A stretch of DNA of 64,000 bases. It comes from an uncultured Staphylococcaceae bacterium. GTDB taxonomy: Bacteria > Bacillota_I > Bacilli_A > ML615J-28 > CAG-313. The translations under genes were made by a program, and so were the position numbers. The DNA lies in NCBI GenBank assembly GCA_964507405.1, contig CAZDPJ010000001.1, forward strand, positions 110,899 to 174,898, read 5' to 3'. A model generated the notes under the pieces. That model was not told the DNA's origin. It did not search any database and was given only the letters and a program-made list of their open reading frames with translations. Below, piece by piece: positions 24,029 through 36,031 of this stretch. Position 1 is the first letter of the stretch. Every line of letters begins with the position of its first letter.

Positions 24029-24680
24029 AATCAACCTCTATTTTTTTTATATTATTCGCTCCTACATATTTTTTATATAATGTAAGTAATAAATTTTCAT
24101 CTTCAGTTATTTCATTAGATGAATAACAAATAATCATAACCAATATTCTTAAAGTATTATCTTGGACCATTGTTCTTTCTGTATCACTAGTCGGCGTACC
24201 AAAGGGACCGATACTATCTTCATATACTGGTAAATTACCAATATTAATATGACCACGGTTTATTCCAAAATATTCTTCACTACTACTACCTATACGAATA
24301 TTTACATCACCAACAATTTTATCTAAATCAACTACACAAACACTTCTATTTGTTAACACTGATAAAATATTACCTATATCAATTGCATCTCCTAATCGAT
24401 ACAGTTTATTTCCTTTAACAATGCGTCTTAAAAGTGCCTCACATGCAGGTCGAGTATGACTAGGGTCTTTACCAAGTTTTTTATATCCATCTCTGGTTTC
24501 TTTTAACTTAGGTAAATTCACTATTTCTGTCATTTCATATTTGTTGTAATATTCAAGATATATTTTATTAATAAATTCTGTTGCTTCACTTCCAATTTTA
24601 TTATCAATATCCATCGTATAAGCAATTACATTAAAACATGGTATTTTATTTAATATTTCTTGACTAATTGTTAATTTCAC
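24015..24680 (-). CDS. Free-standing B3/4 (PheRS beta editing-like) domain protein
   Basis: '[21 protein letters not shown]', 'IDIGNILS', '[15 protein letters not shown]'. Confidence 0.88.
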   Translation of the reverse strand: MKLTISQEILNKIPCFNVIAYTMDIDNKIGSEATEFINKIYLEYYNKYEMTEIVNLPKLKETRDGYKKLGKDPSHTRPACEALLRRIVKGNKLYRLGDAIDIGNILSVLTNRSVCVVDLDKIVGDVNIRIGSSSEEYFGINRGHINIGNLPVYEDSIGPFGTPTSDTERTMVQDNTLRILVMIICYSSNEITEDENLLLTLYKKYVGANNIKKIEVDYGKF

Positions 24681-26237
24681 TTTCTAAAGCCTCTATTTTT
24701 TCTTTAATTTCCTCATAATCCTGTAGTTTCTTTTCTAATGAACGAAGTTCTTGATACTTTTCATTTACACTTGTTCCTAGTTCTTTTTGTTTGTTATAAA
24801 GAGAAGGAAGTTTAGTATTAATTAATGAACGATCTTTTAAGATATTAACTAGTTTAAGATTCTTTTCATTTTGTAACATTTGTTCAAGTTCAAGTTTACT
24901 ATTTCTAATGTCTTCATTATATTGTTCTAAAACTTGTTCACATTTCTTTATTTCTAAAGTTAAATTCTGAATTGCTTCTTTCGCATATGGGTCAAGAGCT
25001 TTTAGTTTTCTTTCATCTTTTAATGATTTAAGTTTATTTTCAGTATTTAAGATTTCATTTTCAACTATTTTTATTGTTGAATTTAAGCCATCATATCGAT
25101 TTACAAATTCAGTATATTCAACTTTAGCATTAATCATTTTATTTGTATATTGAAGATATTCTTCAAGTTTAGAAATGTTTGAAGTAACATTTTGATAGAT
25201 ACTATCTAACTGTTGATAGTCTCCTAAAATAACTTCATATGTCTTTTTAATTTCATCAAGTTTGGCTTTTTCTGCAACTAGTTTATTTAGTTCCATTGTT
25301 TTATTTAACTCAATATTTGTTTTAGTATCAAGGGTACGAATTTTTTCAGTATATTCTTCAATTAATTCATCCATTTTACTAGCTATTTCTTTTTTAGAAT
25401 ATTCTAATACTTCAAAATGATTAATTTCATCTTGTAAGGCTTTTAAATTTTCACCTTTTATTATTTTAAATAACTTTTCTAATTCTTCTTTTGATTTATT
25501 TACTTTCGTAATTTCTAAAGCTAGTTCATCTAACATTGCTTCAACTGTTTCAAGAGAAATAGTTTGAATTTCACTTTCAAGTAATTTCTTTTCTGATGTC
25601 AAATTCTTAACTTCAATTTTTACAGTTTGTTCTAATTCATTAATTTCATGCATGCGATTCACTAGTTTATATTTATTTTTACTAATTGAAACATTTAACG
25701 GATATAAATTAATTCTAATTGAATCCATGATTTCATTTGCGATGGAAGCAACTTTAAGTTTATCAGGTTCAGTATCCATTAATTTTAAGATTTCATTTAA
25801 AGCATTAATAGATTCATTAAATGAATTATTTTCTAATTTAGTTACATTAGTAACTTCTGATTCAAATTCATATTTTGTTTTTTCAAGTTCATAGTACTTT
25901 TGATTAATTAATTCATCAATTTCTTTTATTCTTTTTAATGATTCTTCATTTTTACTAGCAATTAAATCAAGAGCATCTTCTTGTTTCATTAGATTATCAT
26001 ACTTTGTTTGAAGCATTATTCCTTTCTTTTCTAAAGCTTCTAATCTTTCTTTATAAACTTCTTCATGAACCGATAAATACTTTTTAAGATAATAACTACT
26101 AATTGTAAGTGGTTCATTATCTTTTCTTACAAACCCAACTATAGCTAGTTCTTTTTTTAGATCTTCAATTGTTCTTTTTAACTCTAGATTTTCTTCTTCA
26201 AGCGATGCTATTTGTTTTTCTAATAATTCTTTTTCCA

Positions 26238-26241
<4 letters not shown>
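24664..26241 (-). CDS. Long coiled-coil protein of unknown function
   Basis: 525 aa, E/K/L-rich heptads throughout; no TM segment, signal peptide or P-loop; start overlaps the groL stop (ATGA). Confidence 0.75.
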
Positions 26242-27827
<1,586 letters not shown>

Positions 27828-27828
27828 A

Positions 27829-28074
27829 CTATTCCTCCACTACACCTAAGATATATTCTTCAGATATTAAATAATATATTTCATTTTGATAGTTAATTTT
27901 TTTACAGAAAGATTTATCAATAATTACAACATTACCATCCTTTACTTCGACAACATCTTTGCCTACCTTAACAACAGTAAATAAATCGTTGTCATTTTCA
28001 GGTAAATAAATACCAGTTATCGTCTTTAATTCCTGATGCTTTACTAATACATTTTTATTAAGTGGTTTAATCAT
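27829..28074 (-). CDS. groS: Co-chaperonin GroES (short, divergent, 81 aa)
   Basis: MIKPLNKNVLVK...TITGIYLP...YYLISEEYILGVVE; ATG 28074 after GGGAGG; directly upstream of groL. Confidence 0.85.
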   Translation of the reverse strand: MIKPLNKNVLVKHQELKTITGIYLPENDNDLFTVVKVGKDVVEVKDGNVVIIDKSFCKKINYQNEIYYLISEEYILGVVEE

Positions 28075-28181
28075 ATGTAAAATCCTCCCTATTATATATT
28101 GATTATAGCACAAAGTCAGTTTAATTTCAATTAATTTCACCATAAAAAGAAAAAATGTAAATTAGCTTTTTTTTAAAGCAT

Positions 28182-28955
28182 TTAATTTACATTGTTTTTA
28201 TCGATAATTATTCTTTCAACTTCACCCGAATATAACTTACGTTCTTCATTATTAACCACAACTATAAGTCCTCCATCATCACTAATATCTTTTACTTTTG
28301 CGATATAAGAGGTCTCCTTTTCTTTTACAGCAACTATTTTTCCAATTAAATTGGAACGTCCTCTATATTCTTTTCTAAAATTATTGCTACTATAATTACT
28401 AAGTTCTTCCTCAAATTGATTTAATATTTTAATTATTATGTCATTTCTGTTTAATAAATTATTAGTATTATTTTCTAGAGAAGTTACTTTATCCATTAAG
28501 TCTATAGGAAATTCTTGTTTATAAACATTTATTCCAACACCAATGATTAATTCATCAATTTGATTATTTTTAGATATTCCTTCAACCAAAATTCCACATA
28601 CTTTTTTATCATTTATATATATATCATTTACCCATTTAATATATGTTTTAATTCTCGTTACTTCATCTAATACCTTAGATATTACTACTGCCATAAGACA
28701 TGTAATTGAGGTTATATCTTTTAATTCATCAAACTTTTTTAAAACAATGGACATATATATACCATTACCTTTTTGACTAATAAAAGTTCGACCAAGTCTA
28801 CCTCTACCATTTGTTTGATAATCAGCTATAACTACTGTTTTATCAGATAAATTTGTTTCTTTAACAAATGTATTAGTAGAGTTTATTATATCTAAAACAA
28901 TACATTTATAAATTGTCTTATTTTCTATTTCTAAATAATTTAATACATCTTTCAT
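28182..28955 (-). CDS. birA: Biotin-protein ligase without an N-terminal HTH (non-repressor type)
   Basis: STN, QTNGRGRLGR, KWVND, KVCGILVE, GVGINV; next to the biotin-dependent decarboxylase operon. Confidence 0.93.
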   Translation of the reverse strand: MKDVLNYLEIENKTIYKCIVLDIINSTNTFVKETNLSDKTVVIADYQTNGRGRLGRTFISQKGNGIYMSIVLKKFDELKDITSITCLMAVVISKVLDEVTRIKTYIKWVNDIYINDKKVCGILVEGISKNNQIDELIIGVGINVYKQEFPIDLMDKVTSLENNTNNLLNRNDIIIKILNQFEEELSNYSSNNFRKEYRGRSNLIGKIVAVKEKETSYIAKVKDISDDGGLIVVVNNEERKLYSGEVERIIIDKNNVN

Positions 28956-29026
28956 ATGATTACCTTTTTCTTACTTTTTTCTTTACATATTATATCATAC
29001 TTATCTTTTTTTATAATTAAAAATAC

Positions 29027-29058
29027 AAAAAACAGATATAAATTAATATATCTGTTTT
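29027..29058 (-). terminator. Terminator after the decarboxylase beta subunit
   Basis: AAAACAGATATA...TATATCTGTTTT. Confidence 0.7.
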
Positions 29059-29065
29059 ATAATTA

Positions 29066-30232
29066 TTATCCAAAAATACTTAGTAATAGTCCAGCAGCAA
29101 CGGCACTACCAATTACACCAGCAACGTTAGGTCCCATGGCATGCATTAATAAGTAATTCGATTTATCTTCTTCAAGACCAATCTTATGAACTACACGCGC
29201 TGCCATTGGAACAGCTGATACACCAGCAGCCCCAATCATTGGATTGATTTTGCCACCTGATAATTTACACATTAGTTTACCAACAAGGACACCACCAGCT
29301 GTAGCAAAACTAAATGCGATCATACCTAATAGTAATATTTTAACAAATTCAAGTGCTTCTGAAGGACTACTTAATGAAGCTGTTGCGCCTACAGATAAGC
29401 CTAAGAAAATAGTGATTGCATATAATAAAGTTTTTGCTGCAGCATCAACTAAATTAGGAACGACACCAGATTCTTTAATTAAATTACCAAGCATTAGCAT
29501 ACCAATTAATGGTGCACAAGAAGGTATTAAAAGAATTACAACAAACATAACTACAATTGGGAAGATAACTCTTTCTCTTTTTGATACAACACGAGATTCT
29601 ACCATTTTAATTTGTCTTTCTTCTTTTGTAGTTAATGCTTTAATAATTGGTGGTTGAATAACAGGAACAAGTGCCATATATGAATATGCAACAACAGCAA
29701 TTGAAGCACATAACATTTGACCACCTTGTGCTCCCTTCAATAATTTATTAGAAAGGAAGATTGCGGTTGGTCCATCAGCACCACCAATAATACCAATGGA
29801 TGCAGCTTCTAATGCATTAAAGCCAAGAAGTAAAGCACCAAAGAATGTGATAAATATACCAAGTTGAGCAGCAGCTCCAAGTAATAAACTACTAGGTCTT
29901 GAAATTAGTGGACCAAAGTCAGTTGTTGCGCCGATACCAAGGAAAATAAGTGGAGGGAAGATTTCCCATTCAACACCTTTATGGAATGAATATAATAAGC
30001 CATTAGCTTCTCCATTTGTTCCTTCAGCATATAACCCAGGAGCTAGATTTACAAGTAACATACCAATACCAATTGGAATTAATAGGTATGGTTCAAAGTC
30101 TTTCTTAATAGCTAGAAAGATTAAGACACATGCAACTACTATCATTACAAAACGTAATAATAAAGCAGATGGTTCTTCTCCCATAAATCCCATTTGGTCG
30201 ATAAAATTTTTAATTAAATCGCCAACATTCAT
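29066..30232 (-). CDS. oadB: Na+-translocating decarboxylase beta subunit
   Basis: FEPYLLIPIG, GAAAQLG, IGIIGGADGPT, YSYMALVP, GVSAVPMAARV, HAMGPNVAGVIGSA. Confidence 0.95.
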   Translation of the reverse strand: MNVGDLIKNFIDQMGFMGEEPSALLLRFVMIVVACVLIFLAIKKDFEPYLLIPIGIGMLLVNLAPGLYAEGTNGEANGLLYSFHKGVEWEIFPPLIFLGIGATTDFGPLISRPSSLLLGAAAQLGIFITFFGALLLGFNALEAASIGIIGGADGPTAIFLSNKLLKGAQGGQMLCASIAVVAYSYMALVPVIQPPIIKALTTKEERQIKMVESRVVSKRERVIFPIVVMFVVILLIPSCAPLIGMLMLGNLIKESGVVPNLVDAAAKTLLYAITIFLGLSVGATASLSSPSEALEFVKILLLGMIAFSFATAGGVLVGKLMCKLSGGKINPMIGAAGVSAVPMAARVVHKIGLEEDKSNYLLMHAMGPNVAGVIGSAVAAGLLLSIFG

Positions 30233-30238
30233 AATCGA

Positions 30239-30592
30239 TTACCCAATCTTTGCTATTAATTGTCCGTTTTTAACAGATGTACCTTTACTTACAGCAATAG
30301 CAGTAATAACACCATTTGCATTTGCTACTACTTCGTTTTCAAGTTTCATTGCTTCAAGAATACAAACAACATCACCAACTTTAACAGTTTGTCCAACTGA
30401 AACTTTAACATCTAAGATTGTTCCAGCCATTGGTGCTTTTAATTCTTCACCAGCTCCACTTTGAACAGGTGCTGCAGGAGCACTTGTAACAGGTGTACTA
30501 GCAGGTGCTTCAATTTTAGCATCTGATTCTTTTACACTTTCTAATTCAACTTCATAAACTTTTCCATTAACTTTAACTTTATAAACTTTCAT
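30239..30592 (-). CDS. Biotin carboxyl carrier subunit of the decarboxylase
   Basis: Ala/Pro linker and EAMKL biotinylation motif; 'YKVKVNGKVYEVELE' N-terminus. Confidence 0.93.
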   Translation of the reverse strand: MKVYKVKVNGKVYEVELESVKESDAKIEAPASTPVTSAPAAPVQSGAGEELKAPMAGTILDVKVSVGQTVKVGDVVCILEAMKLENEVVANANGVITAIAVSKGTSVKNGQLIAKIG

Positions 30593-30603
30593 GGTAATTC
30601 CTC

Positions 30604-31326
30604 CTATTTAATTTCCTTGATTGAAACGACTCTAACGTCTTCTTTAATTTCATTGTGATAATCGATTGATGCAACAAGGGCTGCAGCCATCATATCATCA
30701 TCTGTAATATCTTCTAATTTTAATGGTTGTCTTGTTTCAACAACTGGCACTACACTTTCAGTTTCATCATGTTCTTCTTCTTTAGGTGCGAAATATCTGA
30801 ATAATGAAACTATTAGCCATAGTAGTGCAAGCATTAAGAATACTATAATCATACATACAAGAACAACTAATCCACTTTCACCATAACCAATATATTCAGC
30901 ATATACTATACCATTACTTTCTAAATCGGCTACTGATGTAACTCTTGTTACATTATTATCACTATCTTTTACAAACCATCCTTTAAAATTAGTTCCTACA
31001 GATAATCCACTTGCTAGTTTTGGAAGTGAATATGTATCACCAGATTTATCTGAGTCTTTTGAAAAAATAGCAACAACTTTATCTTTTAATTCAGCACTAA
31101 CATCAGTATAATGTCTATAAATAACAGCACTACTTGGTTCTTCTTCATTCCAATATATATATCCAATAAATTTTGGAGTATTTTCTAAGTCGGTAATTTC
31201 AGCCTCACTTAATGTAGGTAATGATTTATTTTGTTCATCATAATTTTTAGCAACAGTACAACTAGTAACTGTAATAGCAAATGCTAAAACCATAAATAGT
31301 GAAAATATTTTAATAAACTTTTTCAT
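30604..31326 (-). CDS. oadG: OadG/delta-type subunit with an N-terminal lipoprotein extension
   Basis: C-terminal TM 'MIIVFLMLALLWLIVSLF' plus 'AAALVASI...VRVVSIKEI' OadG tail; N-terminal signal with VTSC lipobox. Confidence 0.75.
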   Translation of the reverse strand: MKKFIKIFSLFMVLAFAITVTSCTVAKNYDEQNKSLPTLSEAEITDLENTPKFIGYIYWNEEEPSSAVIYRHYTDVSAELKDKVVAIFSKDSDKSGDTYSLPKLASGLSVGTNFKGWFVKDSDNNVTRVTSVADLESNGIVYAEYIGYGESGLVVLVCMIIVFLMLALLWLIVSLFRYFAPKEEEHDETESVVPVVETRQPLKLEDITDDDMMAAALVASIDYHNEIKEDVRVVSIKEIK

Positions 31327-31337
31327 ATAATCACTCC

Positions 31338-32720
31338 TTATCCTATTAATACATTAAATTCTTCTACTTCATCGCCACTGTTTTCTTTATTACGATTTTG
31401 TAAGAATTTAACAGCCACATTTTCAAATAATGCACATGTAAGTACATCTTCATCACATTTAACAATGTCCGCATATTTTGCTTTCATTTCATCAAATTCT
31501 GGCTTAATAGCATCAGCAGGACGATATGTAATTACTTCAGCATCACCAATGATTTTCTTTCTAATATCTTCATCAACTTGTGCTGGAGCTTTACCATAGT
31601 TACCACATAAATATTCTTTAACTTCTTTAGGTGACATTTTATATCTTTCACCACTAATTACATTCATAACAGCTTGCGTTCCAACCATTTGAGACATTGG
31701 AGTTACAAGTGGAGGGTATCCTAAGTCTTTACGTACTCGAGGAATTTCCTTTAATACTTCATCATATTTATCCATTGCACCTTGAGCATTTAATTGACTC
31801 ATTAGATTTGATAACATTCCACCTGGAACTTGATATTTTAAGATTCTAGGATTAACAGTTAATGCCTTTGGATTTAGGCCACCTTCTTTTAAGAAACGAT
31901 CTTTAGATACTGTTAATTTTTCACATGCTTTATTTAAGGCATCAATATTTAATTCTGGATCATATTTAGTTCCTTTTAATGCATAAACTAGTGATTCAGT
32001 TGAAGGTTGGCTAGTACCACCACTAAGTGGAGATAATGCTGTATCAACAATATCAATACCAGCTTCAATTGCTTTCATTATAGTCATTTCAGCAACACCA
32101 CCAGTACAATGAGTATGAAGTTCAAGAGGAATACTAATTTCAGCTTTAATTCTTGAAACAAGTTCATATGCATCATTTGGTAATAATACACCAGCCATAT
32201 CTTTAATACAAATAGAATCAGCTCCCATAGCTTCAACTTCTTTAGCTAATGAAACATAATAATCAATTGTATGAACAGGACTTGTGGTATAAGATAAAGC
32301 AATTTGACAATGACCATGATATTTTTTAGTAGCATTTACAGCACTCTTTAAATTACGTAAATCATTTAATGCATCAAATACTCTAATAATATCTATACCA
32401 TTTGATAAAGATTTTTCAACAAACTTTTCAACAAGTTCATCTGAATAATGACGATAACCTAAAATATTTTGTCCTCTAAATAACATTTGTAATTTAGTAT
32501 TTGGACAAGCTTTACGAATTAAACGTAGTCTTTCCCATGGATCTTCATTTAAGAAGCGAATACAAGAATCAAATACTGCTCCACCCCATACTTCTAATGC
32601 GTAGTACCCAGCTTTATCTAATTCTTCAGCAACAGGTAATACATCAGAAATAGGAAGTCTCGTTGCAAGTAATGATTGATGTCCATCTCTAAGTGATGTA
32701 TCAACAATTTTTACTCCCAT
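31338..32720 (-). CDS. oadA: Oxaloacetate decarboxylase alpha (carboxyltransferase) subunit, no fused biotin domain
   Basis: LRDGHQSL, EVWGGA, IKDMAG, HTH metal site, VPGGM, YPPLVTP. Confidence 0.93.
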   Translation of the reverse strand: MGVKIVDTSLRDGHQSLLATRLPISDVLPVAEELDKAGYYALEVWGGAVFDSCIRFLNEDPWERLRLIRKACPNTKLQMLFRGQNILGYRHYSDELVEKFVEKSLSNGIDIIRVFDALNDLRNLKSAVNATKKYHGHCQIALSYTTSPVHTIDYYVSLAKEVEAMGADSICIKDMAGVLLPNDAYELVSRIKAEISIPLELHTHCTGGVAEMTIMKAIEAGIDIVDTALSPLSGGTSQPSTESLVYALKGTKYDPELNIDALNKACEKLTVSKDRFLKEGGLNPKALTVNPRILKYQVPGGMLSNLMSQLNAQGAMDKYDEVLKEIPRVRKDLGYPPLVTPMSQMVGTQAVMNVISGERYKMSPKEVKEYLCGNYGKAPAQVDEDIRKKIIGDAEVITYRPADAIKPEFDEMKAKYADIVKCDEDVLTCALFENVAVKFLQNRNKENSGDEVEEFNVLIG

Positions 32721-32905
32721 TTTTTCTTACCATCCTTTTATATTATTTTATTTTTTATTGTTTCATAATATGTTAAATAATTTAAACATATAAATCGAAA
32801 AAAATCTAATGTTTTTGATAAACAAAAAAGCACCAAATTTTTTAATATTATAGCACAATTATGTTTTTTTTTCATTTTAAACACTTTATTCTTTTTTTTA
32901 ACTTT

Positions 32906-32942
32906 AAAAAAGTGAATATAGATTTTTCTATAATCACTTTTT
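32906..32942 (-). terminator. Terminator after the GLUG lipoprotein gene
   Basis: AAAAAGTGA-ATATAGA...TCTATA-ATCACTTTTT hairpin. Confidence 0.6.
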
Positions 32943-32944
32943 GT

Positions 32945-34606
32945 TTATTCGATATTAATATATATATTATTTATTTCATCAAAAAAGACACTGCTTCCAC
33001 TAAAATTAGGCGTCTTATCAATGGTTAATGTTTGTTTCCAAATACCTAAACTATTACAATTATTTAATAAATAAGTTACTTCTCCATTATTAAATTGATC
33101 TAAAGTTTTAGGTATTCCATAACCATTAAAATAAGTACTTCCCATTATATAAAATGAATTCTCAATAGTTCCTAAATTATTACAACCAACAATTGGTCCA
33201 AAATCAATACCCATATTACCAGTATCAATAATTGAGCCCGTACTATATGAAGAAGATATGATTCCTTTTTTTGTTTTATTATATCCACTAATACCACCAA
33301 CATTTCTCGTCCCACTTATTATACCTAAGTTATAACAATTGCTTATTTTAATTTGATTGTATCCACTAATACCACCAACATACATTTTACCAGTAATATC
33401 ACCAGTATTATAACTATTAGTAATTCCTGTTACTCCATTTGCTTCAGAAAATCCAGTAATTCCACCAATATAATGACCTAGTCCCGTTACATTATTAGTA
33501 TTATAAGTATTTGTAATATTACCAAGAGTTGTATTATATCCAGCAATTCCTCCTGTATAAGCATAAGATGAATTAGTAATACAAGTAATTTCGCCAGTAT
33601 TAAAACAATTAATTATCTTACCATTATTAATTCCCGTTATTCCTCCAAGATTAGAACCACCCATAATATTAGCTATATTACTACAGTTATCAATTTCACC
33701 ATAATTTCCCCCTGCAATTCCTCCAACTGCTTCACAAACAATATTTTTATTATAAGTCACTATTTCTTTTGTTCCATTTACAAGTTTTTCGAATGATTCT
33801 TCTATAACAGATGCAATCCCCTTTACTAAACCTTTGTTAATGGAATTTTTAATTATTCCAAAATTACCTCCAGCAATGCCTCCTGCACCTTCTAATATAC
33901 AAACAATTTCAGCTGAACTTGTGGAATCAATAATGGTTCCTGTATTATCACCAGCTATACCACCAACAAATTGCTTACCACATATATATGAATCTTTTAA
34001 ATGTAAGGCCTTAATTGTTCCACCATATATACTTCCAAATAAACCTACATTACTACTAGTTTCATCATTTATATATAATCCATATATTGAGTGATTATTA
34101 CCATCAAATGTTCCCATATATCGGTTATTAGAATTCCCAATTGGGGTAAATATATACTTCTTTTCTTTAGAATATATATTCTCATTAATGATAATATCAT
34201 TTGTCAATATAGCACAAATACTAGTATTTCCATTATTAACTTCATCAGAAAACCAAATTAAATGACCGACATTATCAATTTCATAAGGAGCATCTATTGT
34301 TCCTTGGCCATTTGGAACTTTTACTTCAAATTCTAATTCTACATCTTTATAGTAACTACAAGTTTTACAAGTATATCTGATTAATTCTGAACTATTTACA
34401 CTCATTAATCTTAATATTTTACCATCATCAAACGCATGTAATGCCTTTTTCATTTTTAAAGAATGTCCACAATTTGACATATGATAATGAAAATTATCAT
34501 CATAACTCCATTTTTCTTCATAAGTATGAATATGATAATCAAAATCATTACAACTAACTAGTAAGAACAAAAATAATATAGGAATGAGGTACTTAATTTT
34601 CTTCAT
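32945..34606 (-). CDS. Surface lipoprotein with a His/Cys-rich module and GLUG repeats
   Basis: Lipobox LVSC; 'HIHTYEEKWSYDDNFHYH..CGH...YTCKTC'; 'GQGTIDAPYEI', 'GTFDGNNHSI'; about 8 VGGIAG-like repeats. Confidence 0.8.
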   Translation of the reverse strand: MKKIKYLIPILFLFLLVSCNDFDYHIHTYEEKWSYDDNFHYHMSNCGHSLKMKKALHAFDDGKILRLMSVNSSELIRYTCKTCSYYKDVELEFEVKVPNGQGTIDAPYEIDNVGHLIWFSDEVNNGNTSICAILTNDIIINENIYSKEKKYIFTPIGNSNNRYMGTFDGNNHSIYGLYINDETSSNVGLFGSIYGGTIKALHLKDSYICGKQFVGGIAGDNTGTIIDSTSSAEIVCILEGAGGIAGGNFGIIKNSINKGLVKGIASVIEESFEKLVNGTKEIVTYNKNIVCEAVGGIAGGNYGEIDNCSNIANIMGGSNLGGITGINNGKIINCFNTGEITCITNSSYAYTGGIAGYNTTLGNITNTYNTNNVTGLGHYIGGITGFSEANGVTGITNSYNTGDITGKMYVGGISGYNQIKISNCYNLGIISGTRNVGGISGYNKTKKGIISSSYSTGSIIDTGNMGIDFGPIVGCNNLGTIENSFYIMGSTYFNGYGIPKTLDQFNNGEVTYLLNNCNSLGIWKQTLTIDKTPNFSGSSVFFDEINNIYINIE

Positions 34607-34643
34607 TTATATCTCCTTCATATTTTAGAAAAAATACAAAGAA

Positions 34644-35606
34644 TTACTTTGTATTATTTTCTTTTTTATCTTTAAAATAACCTGCAACTGCAATCATCGC
34701 TGCATTATCGGTACAATATTTAAGTTTAGGTACCGTTAATTTAATATTTAACGCATCCATTTCATCTTGCATTCTTTTTCTTAAGCCTTGATTCGCAGCA
34801 ACCCCCCCAGCAATAATTACTTGTTTAACATTATATTCTTGGGCGGCTTTTTTGGTTTTCATGCATAAAACATCAACAACTGCTTCTTGAAAACTTGAAG
34901 CAAGATTATTATAATTTAACTTTTCGCCTTTTAATGCGGCTTTATTATGCAAATTAATTACTGCAGACTTTAATCCTGAAAAACTAAAGTCATAACTATC
35001 TTTGCCAAGTTTAACTCGAGGAAGTGGATAAGAAGCTACACCCATACTTGCCATTTTATCAATTATTGGTCCTCCAGGATATCCAACTTCAACAACTCTT
35101 GCAATTTTATCATATGCTTCTCCAACCGCATCATCTAAGGTTTCACCTAATAATTCAAACTCATAATGACCTTTCATTAATACAAGTTCAGTATGTCCAC
35201 CTGATACGACAAGAGCAAGAAGAGGAAAAGTAAAATCAGATTCTAAATAATTAGCATATATATGTCCATGAATATGATTAACCATAATCACAGGTTTATT
35301 ATATACTAAACCAATTGTCTTCGCAGCATTAATACCAACCATTAATGAACCAATTAATCCAGGTTCTTGAGTTACCGCGATTTTATCAATATCATCTAGC
35401 GTTAATCCTGATTCTTTTAATGCTTGATCTATAACATATGTTATTTTTTCAATATGATGACGACTAGCAACCTCAGGAACTACACCCCCGAATTGTTTAT
35501 GAATTTCAATTTGAGTATATATAATATTACTCCATACTTTCTTTCCATCTTCAACAATAGCTACACTAGTTTCATCACAACTTGATTCAATACCTAATAT
35601 TTTCAT
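34644..35606 (-). CDS. tsaD: tRNA N6-adenosine threonylcarbamoyltransferase
   Basis: GIESSCDET, GGVVPEVASRHH, HIHGH, VSGGHT, DDAVGEAYDK, CTDNAAMIA. Confidence 0.97.
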   Translation of the reverse strand: MKILGIESSCDETSVAIVEDGKKVWSNIIYTQIEIHKQFGGVVPEVASRHHIEKITYVIDQALKESGLTLDDIDKIAVTQEPGLIGSLMVGINAAKTIGLVYNKPVIMVNHIHGHIYANYLESDFTFPLLALVVSGGHTELVLMKGHYEFELLGETLDDAVGEAYDKIARVVEVGYPGGPIIDKMASMGVASYPLPRVKLGKDSYDFSFSGLKSAVINLHNKAALKGEKLNYNNLASSFQEAVVDVLCMKTKKAAQEYNVKQVIIAGGVAANQGLRKRMQDEMDALNIKLTVPKLKYCTDNAAMIAVAGYFKDKKENNTK

Positions 35607-36031
35607 TTTATTTCCTTCATCATTACTATTGCGTCTTCACCATCTTTATAGTAATGCTTTCTTATTGAAATTTCTTTAAATTTATTTTTTTGATAAAAGG
35701 ATATACCTTTTATATTCGTTTTTTTAACTTCTAATGTTATTTGTTTAATTCCTTCTTGTTTGGCTTTTTCAATTAATCCATTAAAAAGAATGGTTCCATA
35801 TCCTTGATGTTGATATTTATCATCAATTAAAAAATTGATAATTTCACCAACTCCATCAAAAAAATATCCACCAATATATCCAATAATTTCTTTTTCTTCT
35901 AATACTAAAAACCAAACTAATGGATTACTTAATTCATTATGAATCATTTCATAACCTAAAGTTTCACCAAATATTTTTTCTTCTAATATTACAACTTTAA
36001 ATATATCTTCTTCTTTTAAAGGTCTAATCAT
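35603..36031 (-). CDS. rimI: RimI-like GNAT acetyltransferase
   Basis: QHQGYG acetyl-CoA motif, LEVKKTN, RKHYY..EDAIVM; lies between tsaB and tsaD. Confidence 0.85.
   Translation of the reverse strand: MIRPLKEEDIFKVVILEEKIFGETLGYEMIHNELSNPLVWFLVLEEKEIIGYIGGYFFDGVGEIINFLIDDKYQHQGYGTILFNGLIEKAKQEGIKQITLEVKKTNIKGISFYQKNKFKEISIRKHYYKDGEDAIVMMKEIK

Noticed and set aside
32768-32791. Inverted repeat ATATGTT-N10-AACATAT upstream of oadA as a BirA operator
   Set aside because: Spacing and sequence do not fit the BirA operator, and the local BirA has no HTH; it may be chance in AT-rich DNA.
33200-34000. Recurring 'ccacc/cctcc' nucleotide motifs resembling a repeat array
   Set aside because: They encode the GGIAG units of GLUG protein repeats; there are no identical repeats with unique spacers, so this is not CRISPR.
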